Both the position numbers and the translations under genes were made by a program. From positions 18,414,001-18,478,000 of the forward strand of contig CM074513.1 of assembly GCA_037379345.1 (NCBI GenBank): a DNA stretch of 64,000 nucleotides. Direction: 5' to 3'. Source of the DNA: Perna viridis. Taxonomy: Eukaryota. Shown here piece by piece: positions 51,301 through 64,000 of this stretch (positions within the stretch are counted from its first letter, which is position 1; the number at the start of each line of letters is the position of its first letter). The notes beneath the pieces are model-generated. The model ran no database searches and had not been told where the DNA came from. It saw only the letters and a program-made list of their open reading frames with translations.

Positions 51301-54300
51301 TGCAGAGCAGGATTATCCCGGTATACAAATACAAGACCTTGATATCTTCGAAGAAAGCTTCATAGATGTATACAATACAGCACAAGGAGTTGTGTTACAA
51401 AGAAGGGACTTGCTTTAGACTTCCGTTAAGAACGAAAGAAATGGCTCAATCGTCAAAAATAAAAAATAATATAACTACCGTTGAAGATGTTATGGAAATG
51501 TTAAACATGTTAAATACAGTGAGGGCAAATATGAAAATGAGTCTGCGTTTCCTGGCTAATGTAAAGAAAATTAGTGTATCGGAAATTGATTCTTGGACAG
51601 GAAAAGTAGTAAATACGACGACTGATAACCTGGTTATTAGTCAAGAAAATGAAATCAACAGAATGAACTTCATGTTAAATATGAAAGAAACAGTAAGATC
51701 TTTAAATGAAATGGAAATGTCATTGAGGGATGTCACTTATACTGAAGTACAATATTCTGTCGTTATTGGCAAAGATAATTGGCTGGTTGTCCAAGGATTT
51801 GGATTTGCGAACCGCAGAAAATACCTGATACGCTTGACGCCGAATTTTCTTCTAAGTCTATAAGATTGTTACCAAGAAGTGGAATAGCGTTCCGAAGCAA
51901 CCAAACTGACCAGGGAAGAGCCTTCTGTTTTTTGCCATTACCGATGCAAAGTGGATTACCAGTGCATGTCAATGGTCACTTTGCAGCTGACCAAAATCGA
52001 AGTTCAATATTCGGAGGTATTCACAAGGACCATATTCGCTTTGCATGGAACAAGTGTTTAATGGAACAATAAGTAGCCAGCGCATACGCTGTTCGTTGCT
52101 TTATCAGAAAACGTTATTGCAAAATCGGCGTAGCAGATATATGCTCAACACATTCTTCCAGAAATTTCCTAATTTTAGTGAGGCAAATGGGTATTGGTGG
52201 CAAATTCTTGTATATAATATTTATCGTAGAATCATCGTCAGCGAAATCGCCATTTTCCCAATATGTTCTTCTTACATCCAAGATGACTTCTCTGATCTGA
52301 CGTTAACTGAAGATATTTGAAAACTATTTTGACACAAACTTACTGCCTGTAAAATGGGTGTCTATGAAGACAAAAGGAGGATTTGAAGCCCTGTTTGACG
52401 ACCTCAGAAGTTACTTCGATAGAAATATTACAAGTCGAAGTTCAGTGCCCTCTGACATTTATCGTGGTAATTCTTTTTACCATCAAACTGTGTCTAAACA
52501 GTACAAAAAGGACCAAGAAGTTCGAGGCATTTTAATTGATTTTGGAATTAAGCTGATATGCAGTCCGAAGGTGTTTGAAAGTATCAAACAAGCTTGTTTG
52601 CAGATATGTCATGATAGAAATCACAGCTCAGAATTAGAAACGACCGCTCCCGGTTGTATTTGCCCCATACTAGTAAGCCCAGATCTGACAATCAAGTTTC
52701 TGAAATCGTGGCGTTTCACTACAAAGGACAAATGCAAAATAGAAAATCTGCCAACAAATTTGACTAACACAGTATTGAATCATGTTGACAGAGTTTTAGC
52801 CATTCTTCGGTTTTGTTTAAAAAGAGAAAAAAACAAAAATTAGAATTCTGCAACATATACCTCTTCTTTTGACAAACGATTGAGTTTTGCATGAATTTCA
52901 GAGAGAAAATATGATTATTTTGTCAGAGTTTTCTGAACTGTTTCCATCATCAGGGAAGATGTTTGTTCATACAGAGAAAGTGCAATCATTAATGAAGTTT
53001 GAAACGTTCTTCAGACGATTAGATATTCAAATTGTTGATGACCCTTTGCACATGTATTTTGATGCGCTGCACTATAAAAAAAAGAGGGCCGTTAGAAATA
53101 ATGAAAAGAGGATTTGGGGATTCGGCATGGCTTAGGCAGTTTTGGATGTGTTTAAATACGTTTCAAAACATCGACATTTTGAAAGACTGGTGTCTTTTAC
53201 CCTGTTCATTTTGGGATGGAGACAAGAAAACAGTTGCTTTAAGTCATGCCCAGATAATATGCGATGTAGACAGTTTTAAAGAAAAGGAAACCAATTTGAC
53301 CATTTCCTTCCGAACATTGCGGGATGTGTTTGATGATCTAAATTTGCCACGTCTCAGTCGAATAACCAGTACGTCAAAGCACATTCGTGAACTTGTTGCT
53401 ACTTTCAAATATCCGAACAAAATTGTGAATTGTTTATATCTAAACAAAGAGAACGTATTGTGGTCCAAACTTCAAAACACTGATTGCAATGAAATACTAA
53501 AATACTTAAATGATGTAGTTACAAACTTTGACTCTGAGGAGAAAGAACGATTAGATAAGCTGCCTTTGTTTACAACGCTTACTGGTAGAATTGTTTCGTT
53601 TGATGACGAGGACAAACGTCTTATTGTCAAATGTGGAAAACTTCCAACGATGGATGGACTGAACGAAATAAGCAAAAATACAAACACTTTGCTTATTAAG
53701 AACAACACGTTCCTTGAAAATTTATACCATGTCTTTGGAAGTTCTGAGTGTTATTCAACAAAGAAACACCCACTATTACTATTGTACACATCTTTTATTT
53801 TACCTAATTTCAGAATGCAACCGAAGAGAGCTCAGTTATGTCATCTCGAATTCATACATGAAGAATTACTTATAAAGAAGACATACAGCCAGTTATAAAA
53901 CCATTGCAATTCATCCCAGTAGACAATTCATATGATCTTAAAGTAGCCAGTGATTTTTTTCAGTCCATTTCATCCTCTATTTGCGACATTTTGTCTCAAA
54001 ATCGAGTTGCCACCACAGCCATTCGTTTCACAGGAGTGAAAGGAATTTATGGAACTGGCTGGAATGAAAACAATTGCAACAAAAGATATGTTTTTGCGTT
54101 TTTTAAATGAACTGCAACAACAAGGGATCACTAAAGATTCTGAAACACGTGCGATGAAAATTATTGAACATTTATTTAAAGATCCAAAGCTCGAGAAAAA
54201 GGCTTTTTTTCTAAATGAAATAAGCAATATTTGCTTTATCCCTCCTTACAGCGTTGCAGCTGAATACAGATCAGTTTATGAACAATATGCTGCTAGACAA

Positions 54301-56537
54301 TTAATATCCTTCGGAAACGCTATCTCGTGTCGATATCAATATGTTGTATGGACCGCTGAAAAACTATTAACGCCTTACGCCACGAAATGTACTAAAAGAG
54401 TTTTGGAACTTTTGCACGTACAAACGAAACCAAACATTGTAAGTGTAATTTCTCATATTCACCGCATTTGCAAATCTTTACAAAAACAGGTACGAAAAAA
54501 CAAATGCAGCATTGACGTCACCGATATAATGGAAAACTTTTACGAATGCCTCAAAACCTTTAAAGTTCCTGCAAATGAGCTAAAAATAAGATTGTCTGGA
54601 ACACCATTAATTAATATCATTGAAAAAAATGTTTGGTGGCAGCAAATAATGTGGTCCTTAATATGAGGAAGAATGAAGAAATTGTTCCATATATGCTGAA
54701 AGCTCCTGATTATTTTGGTCAGTATTTTCATCTCTTTCAACAATTAGGAGCTGCTGATGAAATTTACGTAGAGGGCTATTGTAGGGTACTTGAATCCATC
54801 AAAAATGAATCCAAGGATAAGGCTATACTTCCTTGTGATGAATTGAAAACCGTGGAAAAGTCTCTTATTGGTGTTTTATTTTGCCTACAATCTGATGGGC
54901 ATTGTATCAATAGACTTAACAGTGGCAAATGTACTCTTTATATATTGAATGAGAAGAAGGTGTTGAAGCCATCAAGTAGTTTAGTAGTTGCTGATAAAGT
55001 CAAACTAAAATTCCGATTGATGTCTCAAAACAAAATTGACTTCATCTTTAATTTATCTGCAATAAGAGGTCTACACAAAAACATTGATCCAGAGGAACTG
55101 CTTATGACCTTACCGTTACGCATGCGCCCGACATTACTTTCTGATATTGTCACCGAAAAGCTTGCAAATGATCCTTCTAATTTTGCAAGCAGCACTTTCG
55201 CAGACGAGTTAGAAGTTTTTTTAACCAGTAAAAGGTTTAAGTATGTTGTAGAAAGACTTGTCAAAACCTACCAAAAGCAGAATTTTGTAAACGTTACAAA
55301 GGCAGAATTTGATGAAATGAACAAAACGCTACATACTTTAAAAGTTCGTTCCATAATTGAACTTAAAACAGTACTGATGTATGACAAATCTCCGCTAGAT
55401 GGAAGTATCTGGGAGCAACAAATTTTCTATGATAAACAAACTCACACTTTATATCTAAAGGCTGAGGTCCCTTTTCAGAAACAATCAAACATCATTGCTG
55501 TTTTGCTAGTTGATATGTGCAAAAGAAAGATGCAGAAAGGTCTTCTTTTAGGAGTTTAACCCTATTTTAGGTGTGATTTAAAAGAATTAGAAACCATTTC
55601 AAATGATTTAGACTTGAAAAAGGCCAGCTTCAAGTTGGATGATTTGTCATGGTTCCCTCCGCCAGGTAGTCCTCTCGAGATAGATATGGTTGAATACTTG
55701 GTAAATGATTTTACGACCTTTGAAAGTGGTGATATGGCTGTATTTGAACAGCATGACAGTAGTGGTGATGATGATGACGCTGTTCTGGTTTACATTTTTG
55801 TGAAGATAATAAAATGCATTTCTGGTGAGAATGAAGGATTTCCTGAAGGATACCTTGTGAATGCAGGGTATGGAGTGGAAAAGCGAGTGAGGTCATACAG
55901 GCTCTATAAACTTCGAAGACAAACTGCAGCTTCTCCAACCGAGATTGAATTGTTCATGGGTGGCAACGCATCAGATACTAAAGCCAGGCGAAGCGAAATT
56001 TTTCAAATGGTAGAAGAAGCACTTGTGGATGCGTTGAAGCTTGGCATGGAGGAATTCAAAAGAGTTTTTTGGAGGTTGATTAGACGCTGGCATCCAGTTA
56101 AAAATAAACATTCGGAGTTTTGTGTAGAAGTTTTTAAGCATCTAATGGAGTTTGCAAAGAAGCTTCAGACCAAACAGATTAATGTATCGAAGATAGATCC
56201 TTATAGAGAACATGGAAGGTGGGACGAATATAAAAGAAATGAAACTTCTTTTGGGGGGTACACTCCTACATATGAACAGCCAAGTAGCAACGGATTAAAT
56301 GTGAATGATTTTGTTGACAACGTAAGAAGAGATTGGATTGGACGCCAGAGAAGTGCAAACTTTGGAAGTTCATACAGCAGATTCACTTATACTCACCAGG
56401 AGTATACTCCTAATCCACAACCTCATATGGCAAGAGTTTGGATTCAGCAAGCAAAACATGATGTTGACACGGCTCGCACAACTTTGCCTGTGGTGAAAGA
56501 TACCTCATGTAGTTGGATTTGTGTCCAATGCCAACAG
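45323..56537 (+). pseudogene. Copy B giant exon (SR2, SR3, J domain with HPD>HPV)
   Basis: Fragmented sacsin ORFs; original acceptor deleted; donor CAACAG|GTTTGT. Confidence 0.9.
46122..46626 (-). mobile_element. 5'-truncated Penelope-like retroelement inserted in the copy B exon
   Basis: TSD CTTCAAA at 46115-46121 and 46627-46633; empty site in copy A at 12831-12837; minus strand reads YGVFISQLIRYA..LLEQGYVATRLKSSLQKFYGRYHELVDRY followed by a 3' UTR. Confidence 0.9.
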
Positions 56538-56928
56538 GTTTGTACATTTCATTTATGCTCTTGTCAAAGAAATAGACAATGCTGGTTATAAACCTAACCA
56601 TTTTTATACAGGTATTATTTTTCTTGTTGTTAGTGTTAAAATGTACTGACGAAAGTTGAAGTAACATCTTAAACTGTTTTCATACGTTGTATGTAATGAG
56701 TATTATAGTATTAATTTTAATTTCTTTCTGCCAAGAGAGCTTTATAACGCTTGTCAACATAGTGGTGAGCCTAGAATTCGAGAAAAATATTGTTTAATAA
56801 CTTTATGATACATCTTTACCATGATTTTTGCTTCACTGATTCGATTATAAATATTCATCAATTTATCCTTACATGGCTGAAAAAACGACCATTAACAAAA
56901 ATTATCTCTTGGAGATCTGTAATTTGAG

Positions 56929-57078
56929 NNNNNNNNNNNNNNNNNNNNNNNNNNNNNNNNNNNNNNNNNNNNNNNNNNNNNNNNNNNNNNNNNNNNNNNN
57001 NNNNNNNNNNNNNNNNNNNNNNNNNNNNNNNNNNNNNNNNNNNNNNNNNNNNNNNNNNNNNNNNNNNNNNNNNNNNNN
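56929..57078. other. Assembly gap (150 N)
   Basis: N run in the last intron of copy B. Confidence 1.
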
Positions 57079-57109
57079 AAAATATTCTCGTGATTGTTTT
57101 CTCTTTCAG

Positions 57110-57400
57110 GCCGTTGAAAAGGCTTTGAAAGCTGTTCAAATAGAACGAGATTTTTAAAAAATTCAAAACGATCATACACTTTTACAACCTATTATCAATG
57201 AAATTGTTGGGAATGAAGAAATTAAACAAAAGGTAGAGGAACTCAACAGTTTTGTCGGGAATTATTCTAGAATGCGATATCCAGTGTTTGTTGAATTTCC
57301 GGCAATACCAGCTACAATTTACTCCAGAGAAAATGCAAACAAAGCAACAGAATTGGCGTCGACAATTGTTGACTTGATCGATAACAAATATTTCCAGTAG
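57110..57400 (+). pseudogene. Copy B terminal HEPN exon
   Basis: TTTCAG acceptor; AVEKALKAVQIERDF*KIQNDHTL..NYSRMRYP..KYFQ*. Confidence 0.85.
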
Positions 57401-58138
57401 TTGTTACAAATGTAACATAAGAAAACTATTTGATACTCATATAAAGTACAATTTTGGTTTAGCTTGACCAATAGCCAATTGTTCTGCTAAGTAAGTGTGA
57501 ATATCATTTATTTATTTCAATACTCCCTGATGTTAATTTAATTCGTTATTTATTGATTTATAGATTAACTAGTTTCAATCTTGAACAATTGTTACGCCTT
57601 CGTGTCACATACTTTGTTTCAAACAGTCAGAATTGACTTAGCTCTCTTACAATTTATGAAGTTAAAAGAAGACCGAAAATTATTTTGGTCTACCTTGGTG
57701 TATATTTAAATGATTAAGTATGCGTAACTATGAGAAAACTATTATTAGGACTGCTGTAGTTTTTTTTTTTTTTTACTTTATTTTGTTTTACGTTTTTTGT
57801 TGTTTTTCATAATTTTCAAATTTACTTGCATTGGTCGATTGTCCATATGGGATGTTTTGATTATAAATTATTAGTTTTAAATTGATTTTAATTCAGCATA
57901 TATGATAATAATATCGTTGACACAATAATTATTGCACTTCTTCAACTATTTTCTATTTACTATTATACTTACACTTAAGATATTGTACATATGGAAACCA
58001 GGCGGTTCCTATGATATGGATGGGTGGCACATGGTAAATTTTATTCTACTAAATACAATTTGTACATCAGATGGATGTCAAATAGTATAAAGATGTTATT
58101 TTCAAATTGACAGTAGATGGCTCAGAAAATTATTCAAA

Positions 58139-58418
58139 GAATAATCAAGGGAACCAAGGTTATAGCGGTAATCAAACGAATGTAATCCAGGGACAAAGAC
58201 CAGACATGGAAAACAATGGTACATTACAAAGAACAAAGTAACTAAAATCATACATACAAAGTAACAAAAGCAGCAACTCGGACCACTAAAAACTGGGAGC
58301 ATGGACCAGGTGAACCGGTAGGGTTAGCGTCCTCTGCTTTTCTAGAAACACCCGCCGAGTTGCTCATAAAAGTCAAGTCCGGGGTCGACAAACGAGGAAA
58401 GGAAAACTATGACACGTT
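58139..58418 (-). mobile_element. 3' end of the same Penelope-like family
   Basis: High similarity to 46122-46408. Confidence 0.9.
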
Positions 58419-59554
58419 CCCTAACAATGCAACAAAATTGTGCGCTAAAGTGAAGGGTTGTCTCCCTTTTTTCCATTAATTGCAATGCTTTCTATGTAAT
58501 TTATTTCTCATTAATCGTTGCAGATATATTATTAAAACTGTGTGGTTAATGTTTTGTAACTTTATTGTTGTGTTTTGTGTTATTCTATTTAGTTTTGGCT
58601 TTGTTTGTTGCATTCACAATGATTTACGTTTTGTCACTTGGATATGATGTTAATAATGTGCTTACAAATGTAAATTATAATTTATTATCATTTTCGTGTG
58701 GTTTTTATGTGTGTGTTATAGCGAAAGAAGCTGTCAGTGTATATACATATAAATCTTGTTTCGTTTCCAACTGTTTCTATGTGTGACCAACACATACATT
58801 TAATATGTGTGTGTTTTATGCCTAAGGACAGTCACATTGGTGGCATTTTACGTGTAGTAAATGTAAAATTACTGACTGCAGTTTTCGTTTTAACTTGACA
58901 TTTTTCTTGGCTATTATAAAATTACAAAAATTATTAAAATTAATAGCCTTCATGATCATGAACATAAGTGCATTGATTCATTTAGAACATGACATTTCAG
59001 AAGTAATCTTGACTTGCCTGTCGCTTTAATGGACCAAAACGGGATACGTATTGGTATTATTCAATCACATCGTATACTTTTTTACCATAAAAATTAATAA
59101 AGCTAGCAAATAATATTTTGTGTCAACCATCCCACTGTTGGTAATATAAGTAATTATTAAATGCTTGAAATTAATGTATAGCATATAGAAATATGAAAGT
59201 GTGGTTATCAAAGTAAAAGTATTGTATATAATTGTGCACAGAAAGAAAAGAATTTAATATGTTACAAAGTGCAATTACACCTTGACTTTGCAATTACAAT
59301 TACATTTTTCCATTGAAATCTTAAACATGAATTTGTTTTGTTTGTTTTTCTGAATTTATTTTCCTGTTGACAAGTTGACATACTATCGTTAGGTAATTAA
59401 ATATTACTTGTGAGTGATATGATTTGTAATGCGCTTGTATAAGGCTTTTTTTTTTTATTTTGGGTGTTGGTATGTATTTGTAGTTAAACGATAATCTGCT
59501 GTTTAAGTACCTTTTTTTTCACCAGTGTGATTTAGATAGGAATGGTTCAAATTG

Positions 59555-59830
59555 TTGTGCCTGACCTTCTTATCTATATAGCATATAAATAATCAAACAG
59601 TGCCAGGTTATATGTCTGACCTTCTTCGGCTTTCAATTTATTTACATAATATTATGTATATATTGGGACAATTCCAGTGGCATAAAAATATGTTAACATG
59701 CATGAAACTCCTATTGTGCAGTGCCATGTTATATGTCTGAACTTCTTCTTAATGTAATATCTAGATATCCGGTTTCAATTTTTTACCAAATAGTATGTGA
59801 ATATTGGGACAGGTACAAGGTAGTAAAAAA
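59555..59830. repeat. Diverged short tandem duplication
   Basis: CAGTGCCAnGTTATATGTCTGAnCTTCTT...TATTGGGACA occurs twice, plus a partial copy. Confidence 0.55.
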
Positions 59831-60713
59831 AGTAGGTTCATATACTTCAGATTTTTTCCGTTATGTAGTGGACCAGAACAAAGAAAACTCGTTCAATTTC
59901 GCATATCCTTGAAAGATTTATTAACCATCACAGGCTGCAAGTTTAAGAACTTAAGTAGAAAAGGGAGGGGATTCATGCATGTCAAAAACCCACCATAATT
60001 ACTTTTAATTCTAATTCAAAAACAGTTACAGATAACTTGTCTTGGTATGTCGACCGGTTTTGAGATAGAAAATGCAGAAAGGAGAAATTAATCTTGAAAT
60101 GTATGCTGTAATTGTAGCGTTGTGCATATCAAAGTAGTTCAATCTATCAGATTCATCATACCACTAGAAATAAAGAACAATAACCTTTTAAGTAGTTTGC
60201 TGCATAGATAGATCTAGAAAACGAGTAATAGTAAAAAAATTCAACCAGTTCAAAAATCATTTTAAAATCGGTGCGAACAAATTTGGGGATAGAATCCTTC
60301 CGCCTAGAGCATATTTTTTCTTCTGTTTAACGAGAAAAGTTTAGTAGTTCCGATTGATGCTTTGTCATTTTTGTATTTCTACTTGCATCGTTGTTTTTAT
60401 ATGATCTCACATAGGTGTTTACCTTCGAAAATTCTAAAGCGGGAGATCTCCCACTTATTTTTTTTTATCTCATAGCGGGAGATTTGGCGAGATTTTTCAC
60501 CAATGTTTTTACAAGAACTGAAGTATATGATATTAAACTGAAAATTCAAATAAGACTGGAGTAATTTCCGCAAATGGGACTAAATCTCCTGCTTTGACAC
60601 AGGTTCGAATTTTCCTGAAATATCGGGATTTACTCTCCGAAAGAATGAGAATAATCGTGTTGATGGCAGTTGTTGCATTTACCTTTATCTTGTACATAAT
60701 GGAAGACGATTTC

Positions 60714-60715
<2 letters not shown>

Positions 60716-60799
<84 letters not shown>
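60716..60799. repeat. (AT)n microsatellite
   Basis: About 42 perfect AT units. Confidence 0.98.
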
Positions 60800-60802
<3 letters not shown>

Positions 60803-61402
60803 ATTTAATCATTTATTGAGTGTCAGTTAGAAGAAAAAACAGTGAAGACGATATTAAGATCTAGTAAAGTTTGAATTAATAATACAAATTTGTATAACAA
60901 AATTTGTATAACATACAAGAAATAGTTATCGTTATACAAGAAGAAATTTATGTTTGGTAAAATGATGGGGATTTTTTTTTTGTCTAGCACCCTAAGTTGT
61001 ATATGATTCTTGATATCCTAAAAATCTAATGCATGCTTTGTAACATACATATTTTTTTAAATACAATCATACAGATACACTGGTTTAGTAAAAATATGTC
61101 TAATTTTAATGACGGACCAAAACGTTTTATTGTTGGAACAATTTACACTGCATGAAGAAATTTGTCAAACTGAACACAGTTAACCAAGCATCTGCTAAAA
61201 ATATAGTTTATTAAGGTTTTAGTGCAGACAGGTTTTGTTAGCTTGTGTTAGAATTTAAGAATAAGATCCCATTTTTGTGTTAATGCGCATGCTTCTATAA
61301 AAGTTATTTTACTATGCCTTAATAAAGTTGATTAATTATTGTTTTCTGGTTATTTACTGTTTTACATTTTTGGAATTGATTCATTAGTAAAGACTTCAAC
61401 TC

Positions 61403-61760
61403 TGCAACTTCACCTTCCATAGGCCTGCCTAATGCAACTTCACCTTTCATAGACCTGCCTAATGCAACTACACCTTTCATAGACATGCCTAATGCAACTA
61501 CACCTTTCATAGAACTGCCTAATGCAACTACACCTTTCATAGAACTGCTTAATGCAACTACACCTTTCATAGAACTGCCTAATGCAACTACACCTTTCAT
61601 TGAACTGCCTAATGCAACTTCATCTTTCATAGAACTGCCTAATGCAACTTCACCTTTCATAGAACTGCCTAATGCAACTACACCTTTCATTGAACTAACT
61701 AATGCAACAACACCTTTCATAGAACTGCCTAATGCAACTACATCTTTCATAGAACTGACT
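61403..61760. repeat. 30-bp minisatellite (AATGCAACTACACCTTTCATAGAACTGCCT) x ~12
   Basis: Directly visible; open on both strands (SSMKGVVALG / PNATTPFIEL). Confidence 0.95.
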
Positions 61761-61807
61761 AGTGCAGATCGAAAGAGCTACTTGTCTGGTCTGTTCTTAC
61801 TCGTTTG

Positions 61808-62115
61808 AGAGTAATCGATGGAACCAAAACTCAAGCAGAAACCAAATGAGTATATTCCAAGGAAAAGGTATAGACAGCGGAAATAGGACAAATACAACAA
61901 AGAATATAGACAGAGGAAATAGGACAGATACAACAAAATATATAGACAGAGGAAATAGGACAAAATATATATAAAAGTCAAAATAACACGTACAAAAAAA
62001 AACAAAAAGTGAACGAGCAACCTCGCCTACACCAAATACTAAATAATGGCCCTGGTGCACATGTACTGTTAGCAACCTCCGCTTTCCTAGAAATACCCGC
62101 TGAGTTGCTGATAAA
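61808..62115 (-). mobile_element. Old diverged 3' end of the Penelope-like family with an internal 33-bp tandem repeat
   Basis: GAGTAATC..GGAACCAA terminus and CTAGAAATACCCGCTGAGTTGCT similar to 46122-46356; TATAGACAGAGGAAATAGGACA occurs three times. Confidence 0.65.
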
Positions 62116-64000
62116 ATGTAACGTCCGAGTAGGAAGATAAATATTCACAAATAATGATATAACCATATCCAAGGTAGCGAATACCAGTTATCGTACTATA
62201 ACACTAAGGTGAGCAAGACATTAATCATCTATGAAACAGTCATAAAAAACTGTGAAATTGAGATTTTCCTCGATCTTTCCTCAAATGAAATTTCGACCAA
62301 TCAGATCACTTGAAATTGAACATTGACAAAAACTAAGGATTTGATTCTCATTTTTTTTAATGAAACCCAGGCCAGTTATGTTACACTGACATCATTTGAA
62401 CAAATGGATGCCATTAAAGATTTCTTGAGTAATATTTTAGCACGGCTAATGTGTAATCTGAAGCTGTCAAATCTTCTTGCTCTTCTTATTGGTATTATAT
62501 CTACGTTTGTTATATTACCAGCTACAAATTACAATCAGAAGAAACCTTTTGGTCTATATAGATGGTATTTTTATATTTGAGTATACGTACTAGTCCTATC
62601 ATTGGTGAAAAATGAAAGATCTTTATTAGAAACACATATATTCAAAAGATGTTTCTTTGCAGCTGCATACGTAAATAAAAGACTATAATGGCCTTTAAGA
62701 TAATAAAAAGAAACTTTCGAGTCATTACCCATTACTAATACCCCATATAGTCAAATTATAAATGCAAATTCATGTTCCCAAAGCCAACAACTCAGCGATA
62801 TGGCATACCAAAATAAGGCTTCTGTCAAAATATAAAGTGGCTGTCACTAGTAGTCAAAGACATAACTACTATCAAAAAAGCGTACTGACAATGGTAACAA
62901 AAAAGGAGAGAGATATAAAAACCAAGAAGTAAAATGATTGCTTTATTGTCTAATATTAGTTGTATAACATATATATTGTACGATGCTAAAATGATAAATG
63001 AGTGATATTGAAAAGACTATCTAATAGTTCACTGTGGATGGAGTGGATGGTCCTTTTTTTCTATTTCATGCTAAGAGAAATAAACTCCCACAGTAAGCAA
63101 ACTGGTTCCCTATCTTATCTAGGGTAGGATTAGCAAATTACGTTTTTTTCTTGAAATTTAAAGCACCTTAAAGCGTGCAAATATCAGAATGAATTTTCAA
63201 AATATAAAAGTCAAGTAACTACAATGAAAACTGTAAAAACTGAACCCAAAAATGATGTTCACTATCCTGCTTCTGCTCACTGATGCAGAGAACCAGTCAG
63301 TTTGGTGTGTCTGCTATTTTCCTTCGCATGAAATGTCCAAAAATCAGTAACGATAAACAAACTAACAAAAAGTAAAAAGGACGGAATCTGACAACAGTAC
63401 AACTAAGAAATTTTCAACAGAAAAACAACTGAATTGTTGCTATATAAATAAGTAAGCAATAAAATAAATATAACTCGCAGATATGTCTTTAAGAAGCACT
63501 CCACATAAAAATCATGCAAAATGTGATACATGGTTGGAAAGCCTACATATTTTTATTTTTGATATCTTGTTTAAAAAGCTTAAGTAAACAGAAATTAGCA
63601 TTTGGCTTTTCATATAACCCGTGCTTATAGGAGATAAAAATTGCATAGAATGCATTGTAGAATTCAAAAGTAAGGGAGATAACTCTGTAAATGACACTCA
63701 AATACAATAGAATCTATTGGATTTTCAATGTTGATTATCTCCTAAGAGCAGGCAGATTTGAATGCATAATAACACATTTCATAATATAGACCCATAAAAC
63801 AACTTAATTACAAAAATAAAAATATGTAGACTTTTTGGGGGTGTATCACATTTTTCAGATTTTGCATGATTCTTACAAAGACAGCTACTTAAAACTCCTG
63901 GGTGACAATGTTAAATGCATAACTATCTTGACCAAATGAAACTGAAATACATAAATTCAGAAAAAAAAAATCTCAAAAATAAAATTTCGTTGGATGCGTG

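Larger units (their letters stand above)
38114..57400 (+). pseudogene. SACS: Sacsin-like pseudogene, copy B
   Basis: Exons ~38114-38870, 39813-39937, 40632-40739, 41400-41547, 43468-44992, ~45323-56537 and 57110-57400. Same motifs as copy A but decayed (ELVQNAENAGA, ELIQNSYDACA, HPVKN), with numerous stops/frameshifts, a retroelement insertion and TAA at 57155 in HEPN. Confidence 0.93.

Noticed and set aside
38114-57400. Copy B as an uncollapsed haplotype of copy A
   Set aside because: The 3' two-thirds and flanks are far too divergent for alleles
60594-60830. ORFs with (YI)n, and other short or antisense ORFs in the track
   Set aside because: Products of microsatellite or low-complexity DNA, or shadows of the sacsin and gag frames
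61403-61760. CRISPR-like regular repeat
   Set aside because: Units are contiguous with no unique spacers; eukaryotic context and no cas genes

Overview
AT-rich animal genomic DNA. The repeat families and spliceosomal GT-AG introns fit a bivalve mollusc (inference). Two head-to-tail, plus-strand sacsin-like pseudogenes dominate the window (~8.4-23.7 kb and ~38.1-57.4 kb). Each has three HSP90-like HATPase sacsin repeats, a J domain and a HEPN domain, no recognisable UBL, and independent stops, frameshifts, deletions and insertions. Identity between them drops abruptly partway through, suggesting gene conversion or chimerism. The spacer between them is a nest of mobile DNA: a Kolobok/Mutator-like transposase relic, a LINE ORF1 (CCHC knuckles plus SGNH esterase), and a minus-strand Ty3/gypsy LTR retrotransposon. 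The retrotransposon has an LTR, a tRNA-Ser PBS, gag, a UUUAAAC slippery site plus pseudoknot, protease and RT. Its RNaseH/integrase is replaced by a Penelope-like fragment, and it carries an extra third ORF encoding a zinc-finger + TatD-type nuclease, the most unusual element here. Several Penelope-like (Naiad-type) fragments with a structured 3' module and tRNA-derived heads, a MITE, a SINE, simple repeats and a 150-N gap complete the window. No intact protein-coding gene is evident.
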